Source of the DNA: Octopus sinensis
Lineage: Eukaryota
Reading direction: 5' to 3'
Assembly (NCBI RefSeq): GCF_006345805.1
Contig: NW_021823735.1
Location: 1 to 21,427, forward strand
DNA: 21,427 bases
Position numbers and translations under genes: made by a program. How positions within the stretch are numbered: position 1 is the stretch's first letter; each line of letters opens with the position of its first letter. The notes below the pieces were generated by a model that did not search any database, had not been told where the DNA came from, and saw nothing but the letters and a program-made list of their open reading frames with translations. Shown here piece after piece: positions 9,453 to 21,300 of this stretch.

Positions 9453-9616
9453 CGACGGGCTTCTTTCAGTTTCCGCCTACCAAATCCACTCACAAGGCTT
9501 TGGTCGGCCCGAGGCTATAGTAGAAGACACCTGCCCAAAGTGCCACGCAGTGGGACTGAACCCGGAACCATGTGGTTCGTAAGCAAGCTACTTACCACAC
9601 AGCCACACCTACGCCT
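9453..9616 (-). mobile_element. SINE family A, 5' half
   Basis: Near-identical to 3840-3992. Confidence 0.85.
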
Positions 9617-9757
9617 ACAAATTACGTAACTTTGGATAAATGCCAGCAATGACCTTCTCAGGCTCCAATATTTTAATTTCTAAACAGAAACAATCAAGAG
9701 CAGGAAATGAAATTACAAAAAATTCATAATTTCCCAAATTTTCATTTTTATAGTATA

Positions 9758-10135
9758 CTAGCAGTATCGCCCGGCGTTGCTCAGGTTTGTAAGGGAATAA
9801 CTATAAAGCATTTTTAGAGAGTTATAGCCAAAAATAGCAAAAAATGGTAAAAAATGATGGTAAATTTTTTTTGAAAGTTAAAAAGGTGGAGTTGCGTCCC
9901 CTAGACCGGTCTGTGGTTTGGGTTTCTAATTCTCGACCCCATGTCGAATTTATCGATTTTTTTCAGAACTGGAACTTTTCAAAATTTTCGCTGCGTTAGT
10001 TTTGAATTATGACATTGGGCTATGTGTGTGTCAAGTTTCATCAGAATCGGTTGAAAGCCGTGGTCAGGGTGAGGGTACGAGAAAACAGACACACAGAAAC
10101 ACGCACAGACAAACTGCCGTTTATATAGAGAGAGA
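9758..10135 (-). mobile_element. non-autonomous Helitron
   Basis: Minus strand starts TC (TCTCTCTCTATATAAAC) after an A and ends CTAG before a T. A GC-rich imperfect hairpin (CCTGAGCAACGCCGGG) lies ~10 nt before the end. No TIR or TSD. Confidence 0.7.
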
Positions 10136-10323
10136 TAAACGTATTTATGAGGGAAAACATTGAAAATCATCAATATATGCGAAAGTGATAAAGAAACGAG
10201 GGGTTGTCTTTGGATGTGCTAGAAACAACAGTCAAATCGCCCTTAAATCACCTTTCCCTCTGAAAATATTAACAATTTATTTTTTCTTACCAAAAATGCA
10301 CACACACAAATATATATATATAT

Positions 10324-10463
10324 GACAGGCTTCTTTCAGGTTCGCTCTACCAAATCCACTAACAAGGCTTTGGTCGGCCCAAGGCTATAACAGAAGACAT
10401 TTGTTCAAGGTGCTATGCAATGGGACTGAACCCGGAACCATGTGGTTGTTTAGCAAGCTACTT
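10324..10463 (-). mobile_element. SINE family A, diverged fragment
   Basis: Similar to 9453-9590. Confidence 0.75.
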
Positions 10464-10647
10464 TATTTCATAAAAATTTGCCATAAAGGCATTACAAAGA
10501 GTAGCTGCGGACTGGACATATACATTGATGAAGTGAAAGATGAAATAAGGATGATATTGATGAGAGAAGGCAAAAACGCCCGCCGATTTTCTTCTTCTCT
10601 AAAACATTGTTCTTTTTTTTTAAAAAAAAACAACAGAATAAACAAAG

Positions 10648-11101
10648 CGAGGTATTGAACCTCTCACAACCATTTTTACAGTTTTTGGACTTAATAGTCC
10701 ATTACAAATATTAACATTCCAAAAATATTCAATATACAACCAATACTAGTCCATTTACAAATGAGGCGCTGGGCCTCTTACACTTTATAACAGTGAGGCT
10801 TTTCAACCTCTTATCAATTTTTCACCTCAACGAGGTATTGAACATCTCACTACAGTTCTTACAATTATTGAACTTAATAGTCAATAACATGCAATAATAT
10901 ACGATGAAATATTCAACATACTCAACGTAGGCGCAGGAGTGGGCTGTGTGGTAAGTAGCTTGCTAACCAACCACATGGCTCCGGGTTCAGTCCCACTGCG
11001 TGGCATCTTGGGCAAGTGTCTTCTGCTATAGCCCCGGGCCGACCAATGCCTTGTGAGTGGATTTGGTAGACGGAAACTGAAACAAGCCTGTCGTATATAT
11101 G

Positions 11102-11136
<35 letters not shown>

Positions 11137-11444
11137 ATGTGTGTGTGTTTGTGTGTTTGTCCCCCCTAGCATTGCTTGACAACCGATGCTGACGTGTTTA
11201 CGTCCCCGTCACTTAGCGGTTCGGCAAAAGAGACCGATAGAATAAGTACTGGGCTTATAAAGAATAAGTCCCGGGGTCGATTTGCTCGACTAAAGGCGGT
11301 GCTCCAGCATGGCCGCAGTCAAATGACTGAAACAAAGAGAAAAAAAGATACAACCAACACTAGTCCATTTACGAATGAGACGCTGGGCTCTCTTACACTT
11401 TATAACACTGAGGCTTTTCATCCTCTTGTCAGTTTTCCACCTCA
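10648..11444. repeat. two tandem copies of a ~183-bp unit, the second split by a SINE
   Basis: CGAGGTATTGAAC at 10648 and 10831. The second copy resumes at ~11348 (ATACAACCAACACTAGTCCATTTAC...CCACCTCA). Confidence 0.8.
10930..11340 (+). mobile_element. SINE family A, full length
   Basis: GGCGCAGGAGTGG..TGTGTGGTAAG head, GGTTCAGTCCC B-box-like motif, internal (TA)(TG), tail CAAATGACTGAAAC plus A-rich end. Confidence 0.85.
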
Positions 11445-12360
11445 TAATCGCTTGTGTCCGTGTACTCCGTCATAGCCCATGCTTCGTTTAAAATCAAGGC
11501 GGAGTCCGAGTTCGCGTCACCCGGCCACGAGCGATATTCTTCTTTTAGTCCCTTCAGCGTCATAAACAGGCACAACAATATGACCTCCGCAGCTATCTGC
11601 GGAGCCATTCGGGGTCCTGTGTGAAAGCCAAAGGTATTCATTCCCTCGTAGTGTTCTTTCACTATCTTTTCCACCTTTCCACCTCTCCGCCTCTATAAAA
11701 GAGGACCAACAGTTTCAGGTCCATCGGGTCCGGGTCAGTCAATTTTACCGTTGGCGGCACAATTCCCGCCAATGGTGTCTCCCCCACTCCGGTGGCACAA
11801 CCAACGAGGCTCCGTGACATTCCGACTGCCGGCAATGTGCTGTTTCTCCTCCTCCTCATTTTTTTCTTCTCGACTGGGGGAGGGTGCGTCTTCTCCGTAT
11901 CCTGGAGATTCGCCTCCCCTCCCTCATCCACAGGATCCTTCGGTGAGCACCCATTATTGCTCTCCTCCTTCCTTTTGCGGCTCTTCTTTGAGGAGTCCTC
12001 TGTCTCTTCGGCCGCCTTCATTCCCGCAGGCAGGCCGCAAATCCAAGCCCTCGTCAAACTCTTCCCATAATAAGTGAGGAGAAACAAGATTTCATTACCC
12101 TCCAGGGACTGACTTGCAAATTCACAGGCCACTTCTGGGAAGTCAAACAGCAACCACAAGGTTGATACCCCGAGTGATAAACTTAATCGCTGGCTTAAAT
12201 TCTGCCAGCTCTCTTTCGATTATATCCTTTCTGAAAACGCCAAAGCGTCTAGGGTCCTAGAGTAGGTCCTCAAAACTACCGTCTTACTTTCAAGTTCTTT
12301 TAACCATTTTTTGGGTGGTGTAATTTCCCACTCCACCAACTTTTCATTGTTATTTGCCAT
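11429..12360 (-). pseudogene. frameshifted ORF, probably LINE (L1/Tx1-like) ORF1
   Basis: ATG at 12360 reads MANNNEKLVEWEITPPKKWLKNLKSKTVVLRTYSRTLDALA. It shifts to DIIERELAEFKPAIKFITRGINL, then to PEVACEFASQSLEGNEILFLLTYYGKSLTRAWICGLP, followed by a basic/low-complexity tract and the 11429-11674 ORF. GC is raised relative to the flanks. The family assignment is recalled resemblance only. Confidence 0.5.
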
Positions 12361-12923
12361 GTTTTTTTTAAAGAGTCCTAAAATACAGTTGTTGAAATAT
12401 AAAATAATTAAAGAGACAGAAGGAAGAGGAAAAACGTCTAAACAAAAGGAAGGAGAAAGAAAAAATTAACAGTTCAATAAAGTTTTTTTTTTAATCAAAG
12501 ATGGAAGTGAGAGCAACAGTTCAAACCACAGCAAAGGCCACTTGGTACTCCAGGCCAAAATTTAACACAATTGTAAAACAGTTAAAAAAATTATTCCAAT
12601 TTTCTTCTAGGTACTCCTTAACAGGAACAACACTATTTTCAAACAAAAATTTTGGCAGGATACGCCCACCAAACCAATGATTTTCACAATAGAGTGAATA
12701 ATAGTTTCGTTCAGCTTCAGGTAGACTAGTGCCTAGTGGGGACTTCTTTTCTGTAAAAATGATTTGCGACACACAACAGGCCCCCACTAGACAAAAGAAA
12801 GTCTTACCTTACAGCTGAGTTTCATAGGTCTTCTATTTAAGACGGCTTCAGAAGCGCGTCTTACTGCTTCAGTGTCAAACACAACTCTAGCTCGCACATG
12901 CACAATGGTAAGTAAGCTACTTA

Positions 12924-13267
12924 GGCGGCGAGCTGGCAGACACGTTAGCACACGGGGCGAAATGCGTAGCCGTATTTCGTCTGCCGTTACGTTCTGAGTT
13001 CAAATTCCGCCGAGGTCGACTTTGCCTTTCATCCTTTCGGGGTCGATAAATTTAGTACCAGTGAAGCACTGGGTTCGATATAATCGACTTGCTCGCTTCC
13101 CTAAAATTTCAAGGCCTTGTGCCTTCAGTATAAAGGGTTCGATAATTTATCGGGGTCGATAAATTAAGTACCAGTTTCGCACTGGGGTCGATGTAATCGA
13201 CTTAATACCTTTGTCTGTCCTTGTTTGTCCCCTCTATGTTTGACCCCTTGTGGGTAGTAAAGAAATA
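12924..13267 (+). mobile_element. SINE family B composite (two cores, two tails) nested in a family A head
   Basis: Head at 12924, tail variant 1 to ~13137, second core TCGGGGTCGATAAATTAAGTACCAG from 13150 with tail variant 2. TACTTA is duplicated at 12918-12923 and 13268-13273; the family A head resumes at 13268-13294 (-). Confidence 0.8.
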
Positions 13268-13605
13268 TACTTACCACACAGCCACTCCTGCGCCTATATA
13301 AACATTCATTAAAAGATACCCATTTTCCTGACAGTTATGAGAAAAGAAGTCAAATCGTGTGAATCTTCCGAAACTCACCTCTCCATCCTCTCGGAAAAAT
13401 TATCTCCCATAAATCCCTATACACTCTGAAGCCACAACATCTAAGCGGTATTTGCATAAAATTTTGCAAAAAGTATCCATTTTTCTGGATGTTATGAGGC
13501 AACAGAATCGGCGGCGTGTACATCTGTAGTAATACCCTTTTATTTATACGATTTTTTTCATTTCATGTTTATATCATTCATTGTTTGCAATATTCTCTTC
13601 ACCAC

Positions 13606-13665
<60 letters not shown>

Positions 13666-13671
13666 CTCACT

Positions 13672-13702
<31 letters not shown>
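13606..13702. repeat. (CT)n(CA)n microsatellite
   Basis: Directly visible. Confidence 0.95.
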
Positions 13703-13703
<1 letters not shown>

Positions 13704-13912
13704 GTGCAATGCTTACAGATGGGATGCTGAATTGAAATCTCTATGTTGCTTTGGTAAAACTTGACACACTGCTTCTCTCTCTCATGTAGACATCCATACA
13801 TATATATATGTATGAATTTATTCAATTTTTTAAACCGTTTAGACATCAGAAGAAGAACAATCAAAAGATGAGCCAAAGAACAATTTTACAAACCTGTTGA
13901 AAAGCCCCCAAA

Positions 13913-13951
<39 letters not shown>

Positions 13952-14258
13952 TGTTTTATTCGTAATTTTTTCTGCACCAGTTTTGAGGAAATATTTTCAT
14001 TTTTTTGCTTTTGTTTTTGGCTTCAGGCATTCATGAAATGATCGTGTTTCGTGAACTCAAATGAACATTAAAAAATGTTTGCACTGTTCGGTTATATAAC
14101 TAACGTACACACAGAGTTCGTATATACATTGTACATACACGCGTATACTTTTGTCCTTCAGTAGTTTCAGAACAATCTGCAGTTGTACTGCGGCATATAT
14201 ATATATATATATATACACTTATGATTACATATGCTTATATATCTACATAGATACATAC

Positions 14259-14294
<36 letters not shown>

Positions 14295-14296
14295 AA

Positions 14297-14674
14297 TGGA
14301 AGCACTCCGTCGGTTCCGACGACGAGGGTTCCGGTTGATCCGAATCAACGGAACAGCCTGCTCGTGAAATTAACGTGTAAATGGCTGAGCACTCCACAGA
14401 CACGTGTACCCTTAACGTAGTTCTCGGGGATATTCAGCGTGACACGAGAGTGACAAGGCCGGCCCTTTGAAATACAGGTACAACAGAAACAGGAAGTAAG
14501 AGAAAGTTGTGGCGAAAGAGTACAGCAGGGATCACCACCATCCCCTGCCGGAGCCTCGTGGAGCTTTTAGGTGTTTTATTTCAATAAACACTCACAACGC
14601 CCGGTCTGGGAATCGAAACCGCGATCCTCCGACCGCGAGTCCGCTGCCCTAACCACTGGGCCATTGCGCCTCCA
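14297..14674 (-). mobile_element. tRNA-derived SINE, family C, full length
   Basis: tRNA-like head with A-box (TGGCCCAGTGG) and B-box (GGTTTCGATTCC); flanked by (TA)n. Confidence 0.8.
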
Positions 14675-14711
14675 CTATATATATATGTATGTATGTATGT
14701 ATGTATATATA

Positions 14712-15135
14712 GGCGCAGGTGTGGCTGTGTGGTAAGTAGCTTGCTTATTAAACACATGGTTTCGAGTTCAGCCCCACTCCGTGGCCATTTTGGCCAAGTG
14801 TCTTCTACTATAGTCTCGGGCCGGCCAAACACTTGTGAGTGAATTTGGTAGACGGAAACTGAAAGAAGCTCGTCGTATATGTATTTATATACATGTCTGT
14901 ATGTGTGTGTGTGTTTGTATCTCTGTATGTCTGTGTTTGTTGCGCCGCCATTTCTTGACAACCGATGCTGGTGTGTTTATGTCCCCGTAATCTAGCTTTT
15001 TGGTAAAAGAAAAAAAACAGATAGAAAAAGTACTAGTCTTACAAAGAATAAGTTCTGGGGTCGATTTGTTCAACTAAAGGTGGTGCTCCAGCATGGCCGC
15101 AGTCAAATGGCTGAAACAAATAGAAGAAAGAAAGA
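14712..15135 (+). mobile_element. SINE family A, full length, diverged
   Basis: Collinear with 10930-11340. Confidence 0.85.
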
Positions 15136-15161
15136 ATAAACGAAAAAGAATATATATACAG

Positions 15162-15199
<38 letters not shown>

Positions 15200-15444
15200 A
15201 CATATATATATATATATACGTGTGTGCGTGTGTGTTATATGTATAATCAACGTGCATGTGTGGTGCTAAAGCAATAAAATAATTAATCAATTTAGAATGG
15301 GGTAATTGAAAACTAATTAGTGCAGAGTTCTTTCGGGACATAGAAAATATGATATCTGTTTGAAAGTATTCCTTTACATGACTTTGTGTATTTAACTAAG
15401 TGTTAATTAGTTATAAATCATGGCATTTCGTGCTAATTACTAAT

Positions 15445-15455
15445 TATATATATAA

Positions 15456-15498
<43 letters not shown>

Positions 15499-15817
15499 AA
15501 TGAATAAATAATAACTACATTAGCGTATGTGTATATATATATATATGTATATGTATTTATATACACTATATTATATATACGTATGTCTATAGATATATGT
15601 ATATATATATATATATGTATGTATATGATTATACATACATATATTATGTGTGTGAGGTGTGTGTGTGTGTGAGAGAGAGTGCGCGCGTGTGTGTGTGTGT
15701 GTGTGTGTGTATGGATGTATCTGTGAATACAAGAGTGTTTCCTACGGTATCCAGTTTCAAAATATACACAACACCATTCATGCATATATATACATATATA
15801 CATGCATGCACACACAT

Positions 15818-15895
<78 letters not shown>

Positions 15896-15975
15896 TACAC
15901 ATACACACACACATATATATGTATATACACACACACATATACATGTATGTACGTATGTATATACGCATATACGCA
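15445..15975. repeat. compound (TA)/(TG)/(CT)/(CA) microsatellite block
   Basis: Directly visible. Confidence 0.9.
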
Positions 15976-16375
15976 GATCTGTCTGTACGTCTGTATGTGA
16001 CAGTCCATTTGTGAAATTGCGCAAGTTCCCGCCCCTTCCTCACCTCTTTACTGTTCCCACCTTTTCTCCCGCCCCTGGGCCCATTATCAAGTATCAATAC
16101 CATTTGAACTACACGTATCAATTCAATTATATGTGTATGTGTGTTTATATGTATGCTTGTGCATGTGTGCGTATATATATATATATATATATGGGTAACA
16201 CTCTACACACTGGCACCACCACCACCACCACCACTTCTATCAGGTTTCCTGTCTGTCACACCACGTAGGTGACAGTCGCCATTAATCAGCTATGCAGTAT
16301 TATTATCACATTTAATATAAAAATACTAACCTGAAAAGTGATCAGCTTACCATATGGTCGACTGTATAATTGTTC

Positions 16376-16408
16376 GGCTGGCTGACTGGCTTGTTGGATG
16401 GCTGGCTG

Positions 16409-16441
<33 letters not shown>

Positions 16442-16460
16442 ATGGATGGATGGATGGATG
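16376..16460. repeat. (GGCT)n(GGAT)n tetranucleotide repeat
   Basis: Directly visible. Confidence 0.9.
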
Positions 16461-16465
16461 AAAGG

Positions 16466-16578
16466 AAGGATAAAAAGCAAAGTCGCTCACGGTGGAATGT
16501 GAACTCAGAACGTAAGACAGACGAAATGCCACTGAGCATTTTTGCACGGCGAGCAAATGATTCAACCAGCACGCCTCC
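16466..16578 (-). mobile_element. SINE family B, diverged 5' fragment
   Basis: Similar to 16720-16832. Confidence 0.65.
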
Positions 16579-16602
16579 TTAACTTCCAGATCTGTCAAGG
16601 TA

Positions 16603-16836
16603 CTTTTTTTATTGCCTACAGGGGGCTAAACATAGGGGGGACAACCAAGGACAGACAAAGGGATTAAGTCGATTACATCGACCCCAGTGCGTAAATGGTA
16701 CTTAATTTATCGACCCCGAAAGGATGAAAGGCAAAGTCGACCTTGGCGGAATTTGAACTCACAACGTAACGGCAGACGAAATACGGCTACACATTTCGCC
16801 CGGCGCGCTAACGTTTCTGCCAGCTCGCCGCCTTCC
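16603..16836 (-). mobile_element. SINE family B (tail variant 2), full length with 11-bp TSD
   Basis: CTGTCAAGGTA is duplicated at 16592-16602 and 16837-16847; poly-T marks the 3' end. Confidence 0.9.
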
Positions 16837-16913
16837 CTGTCAAGGTATATTAAGAATCAACAGAAAGCAAAAAAATATTGAATAAAGTTTCAACTTTAAC
16901 TACTTGCCTCATA

Positions 16914-17119
16914 CAGGGTCGGCCAAAAATCACCTGACAGTAAATTAAAACCCCATTTAATTCCAAGTTTCATTTATGCTTAGCTATTGAATGAGACTTC
17001 GCTAATAAATAGACATAATTCGATTATTAAACATTGATAATTGGAATGAATAAATAAAATTGAATATTAAGTATTTATGGAATTTTGATATACTGTCGAG
17101 TGACTTTTGGCCATCCCTG
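16914..17119. mobile_element. Tc1/mariner-type MITE
   Basis: TA|CAGGGTCGGCCAAAAATCACCTGACAGTA ... TACTGTCGAGTGACTTTTGGCCATCCCTG|TA: ~29-bp imperfect TIRs, TA duplication, AT-rich interior. Confidence 0.85.
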
Positions 17120-17567
17120 TAAATGTTTAATAACAACTTGATTCATCTTTACTTAAAGTTTTGTGGGCGTAGGATGTATTCAGTTTATCAGATGTTAGTT
17201 TAAACTGATAGATGGACAGTTGCTATAATGTTATTGCACATTATAATCTTATTTCCACCTCTATATTCCAGCATAGTTTGACATATATTAGATTACGTAA
17301 CATTGTTATACTCAAGTATTGATCCCATTTTCTAACACAGGAAACGTGTACGTATATTTTTAAGTGACGTCTGTAGTATGCTGTACACACACAAACACAT
17401 ACACGTACGCATATATATATTTCCTATGTTAGAAAAAGGGATCAACCCTTCAGTATAATTGTATACATATATGCTCATGGCGCTGTAATCGCCCAAAAAC
17501 ACCGATTCGTTAACTTTCACTTTTAGCTGTGTAAGCGTCTTGACGCCCTTGGTCGCATGCAGCGACA

Positions 17568-17617
<50 letters not shown>

Positions 17618-17753
17618 CATATATTTGATTTGATTTGATTTTGATTTTTCCAGTTTCAGCTTATGAGCTGTGGCCATGCTGGGGCACCGCCATATATATA
17701 TATATAATTATATATATATTGCATATATACATACATATGTACATGCATACATA

Positions 17754-17818
<65 letters not shown>

Positions 17819-18336
17819 TATATATATATGCATATACGGGTTCAGGACGTCACAAAACGTAAACAACATGCAATTCGAAAAAAGTACAAGGCTAACAAAA
17901 GGTTTTATGATTGGTATTGATTTCCAGGTAGTCTGCAGTCGAGATCCGAAGTCGGAGTCCATCATCAGTCAACTTTGTAAATCGATGGTTGCATTACCAA
18001 GTTAATATGGCATGTTTTCACCAAATGATATATAAGAAAATGACATAAATAATGGGTTTCATACATTTATTTGGGCATTGTAGACTTAGAGGTGTTTCTG
18101 ATCTAAAATTTGGTTGCGTCCATGGTTCAGTTTACCCAGTCGATTGAAGGAGTCCAAAACATCAACTGTCACTTGATACATTGACTCTAAGTATGTGAGC
18201 ATTCTAACGCTATATTTTCAATAGATCGATGGATCGATTGAGTATACTGAAGCATGAACGCACCCATAATCTACATCAGAAAAAACCGTAAGTCTATAAT
18301 GCTTTAACAACAACATGTATATATATAAACACACAC

Positions 18337-18372
<36 letters not shown>

Positions 18373-18390
18373 ACACACACATATATATAT

Positions 18391-18551
18391 TTATTTATTG
18401 CCCATAAGTGGCTAAACACAGAGGTGACAAACAAAGACAGACAAAGGGATTAAGTCGATTACATCGACCTCAGTGCGTAACTGGTACTTAATTTATCGAC
18501 CCCGAAAGGATGATAGGCAAAGTCGACCTCGGCGGAATTTGAACTCAGAAC
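18391..18551 (-). mobile_element. SINE family B, 3' part
   Basis: Matches 16608-16765. Confidence 0.8.
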
Positions 18552-18772
18552 AAATAAAAAGAATAAAAAGTAGATATATACAAATTTCAGAAAAACAGCT
18601 GGTTGCAATGTTATACTGTAAAGCAGAAATAATAATCGTGAAGTAAACGTGACTAAAGATACCAACATTGCTAGAAATAAGAGCTAAATTGCTCCGTTCC
18701 TCTTATAAATCATATAACATATTCTGATATATAACATATTCTACAATCGATCCCAACACCTAATACAGAATT

Positions 18773-18824
18773 CCTTAGATTGAGCGGTCAGTTTCGGCTA
18801 TTTCCGTAGGCATCGTCAGTAAGG
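18773..18824 (-). ncRNA. type I hammerhead ribozyme
   Basis: Minus strand: CCUUA-CUGACGA-U-GCCUA CGGAAA UAGCC-GAAACUGA CCGC UCAAUC-UAAGG. Helix I is perfect; helices II and III have one mismatch each. Confidence 0.75.
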
Positions 18825-18873
18825 CCAAGGTAGATTCCGGAGCTCTTCACCCATCAGAATATATGTATTTCCA

Positions 18874-18967
18874 TCGGTCACTTTTGCCGAACCGCTAAGT
18901 TACGGGGACGTAGACATACCAATACCATTTCGCCCGGCGTGCTAACGTTTCTGCCAGATCGCCGCCT
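18874..18967 (-). mobile_element. abutting SINE fragments (family A tail piece, family B head piece)
   Basis: ATCGGTCACTTTTGCCGAACCGCTAAGTTACGGGGACG, then CATTTCGCCCGGCGTGCTAACGTTTCTGCCAGATCGCCGCC. Confidence 0.75.
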
Positions 18968-19317
18968 ACATATATATGTGGGTGGGGGTGAGTGTGTGTG
19001 TATACGTATGTATGTATGGATGGATGGATGGATGTAAGTATGTATGAATGGCTGGTTGTCTGTATGTAAGTATGTTTGGGTGTACGCATATGTATATGAA
19101 CGTTCTATTATAAAATATATATATGTGTGTGTGCGCGCGTACGTGCCTGCGTGTTTGTTTCTGTCTTTTTTTCTCTCAATATTTTGAGTCTCTTTTACAT
19201 AAACTGTTACGATATTATAGTTCTCTTTCTATTTAATAAATCATGTACATACTTGCTTCTGTCTGGCTTTATACGTTGCCATTTTTTCTGTCAATCCTTA
19301 GACCTTGTGATATATAT

Positions 19318-19348
<31 letters not shown>

Positions 19349-19557
19349 GTATTATATATATATATATATATATACACAGACACACACCACATACACACAC
19401 ACAGACACACATACAGACATACACTCGTGTACATACATACATATTAAGACACTCAAACACTCACAAAAACACATATACGCGCACAAAGACTACAATTTTA
19501 AGGTCAACAGTCTTCAAAATAGTTGTGTTGCTTTTGAGATTTTATATATATTTTTGC

Positions 19558-19582
19558 ATTATTATTTTTTTTATTATTATTA

Positions 19583-19638
<56 letters not shown>

Positions 19639-19655
19639 GTCGTTGTTGTTGTTGC
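19558..19655. repeat. (ATT)n(GTT)n microsatellite
   Basis: Directly visible. Confidence 0.95.
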
Positions 19656-20121
19656 TACTTCAAGTGGGTATTATTGGTGTACGATAAAACTTTGTCTCGT
19701 TGTTTACCCCGGAGTAATCTAAATAATTTACTACCTCTTTACTTCATCTTGGCAAAGTCTTCTTTTACAAGTACAATAAACAGCTATAATATATAGTATG
19801 TTTAATAAATGTATCATATTTAGATAATAAAAAGCAAAATAGCTAAATAAGTAAAATGACGTTGCACTCCTTGGGTGTAATGACAACGAGTGAACAATGG
19901 CGAATAAAACTGACAGCAATTCAAAGTTAATAAAGTTACATGTTATTGAGTCTATCATAACTCTATCATAAATATCTTATGCGCTTGCAGACTTGTGGGG
20001 TGTGTGTGCAGAGCTACACATTACCATTTCACACACACACACAGGCACGCACACACGCAGGCACACACACATACACACACACACACTGGCCCGTTTGTGT
20101 AATAGGAATTTTTTTTCCAAC

Positions 20122-20228
20122 TATGTGGTACCTGGTTCAGTTCTTCCGCGAGGCACTTTGTGCAACTGTTTTCTACAAAAGCCCCAGGCCCACCAGAGCC
20201 TCGTGAGTGGATTTAGGCGCCAGAGACT
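20122..20228 (+). mobile_element. SINE family A, old diverged 5' fragment
   Basis: GGTTCAGTTC..GGCACTTTGTGCAACTGTTTTCTAC..GTGAGTGGATTT resembles 10975-11070. Confidence 0.6.
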
Positions 20229-20238
20229 CAATATACAT

Positions 20239-20351
<113 letters not shown>

Positions 20352-20784
20352 AATAGATATGTTCTGCATATACAATAACAGCCATACCAACAATCTAACA
20401 GACCTCCATCATCAGCTGTCTAGTTAGACGTCACTATGGTTTCGACACCTGGGCAGTAACATTCAATCCGGAGCATCAACAGCACTAAAATAAGTGTTGT
20501 TTGGGAACAAACATACCTTAGATATCACTACATTCATTCAATCTTAATTCTAGGAAGGATCAACCTCTGACATTATTAAGTAAACCACAAGAAAGAATCA
20601 CATTTACCCTATATACAAAAACAGTGTCGGTAAATTAATATTTCTATAAATAAACCTATAATTAATTCCTAAAATATCTAACTAAATACCAAACTAGCCC
20701 ATGCAGTCCATACAGATAATATTCCCACCAGTATGTATGTGTATATTTACGAGTGTATATCTTCGAGTCTGTGTTCGTCCTCCT

Positions 20785-20985
20785 ATCACCGCTTGACAAA
20801 ACATGTTAGCGCTTTTATGTCTCCGTAACTTAGTGTTTCAGCAAGAGAGGCCGTTAGAGTAAGTACTAGGCCGACAAAAAATAGGTCCTGGGGTTGATTT
20901 CTTTGACTAAACCCCTTCAAGGCGATGCTCCAGCATGGCTGTAGTCAAATGACTGAAACAAATAAAAGAATAAAAGAATGAAAGA
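20785..20985 (+). mobile_element. SINE family A, 3' half
   Basis: GCTTGACAA..GTAACTTAG..AAGTACTAGG..GCTCCAGCATGG..CAAATGACTGAAAC plus A-rich tail. Confidence 0.75.
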
Positions 20986-21300
20986 ATACAACGAACTGAA
21001 GAGCGATGGTGAAAGAAGATATTGTGAATATAATTAAAAGAGGAACAACGAAGTAGAAAACCCAAAACAATACAATAGAACAATACAAAAGAAAAACAAA
21101 ACAACAAAAGAGATACCCATAAACCGATAGCACTGCTTATTGCTTATTGCTCCAGACGGGGCTGACCCGCCAATGTGGCATACAGACTTTGGTTTTGATT
21201 CAACTCTAGTCGTCTGGCGCCAGTGGAAGTCAACTGTTATACAAAATGACAGATTCCTTGCATGTCTCGCTGCTACGGGTTTACCCGAATGCGTTAGTCG

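Noticed and set aside
10648-11444. CRISPR-like array
   Set aside because: Only two long diverged units with no spacers, in a eukaryotic context.
16251-16273. CTGTCAC/GTGACAG hairpin
   Set aside because: A 7-bp stem is expected by chance in 21 kb.
20996-21025. CTGAAGA...GAAA
   Set aside because: No helices; lies in a purine-rich SINE tail.
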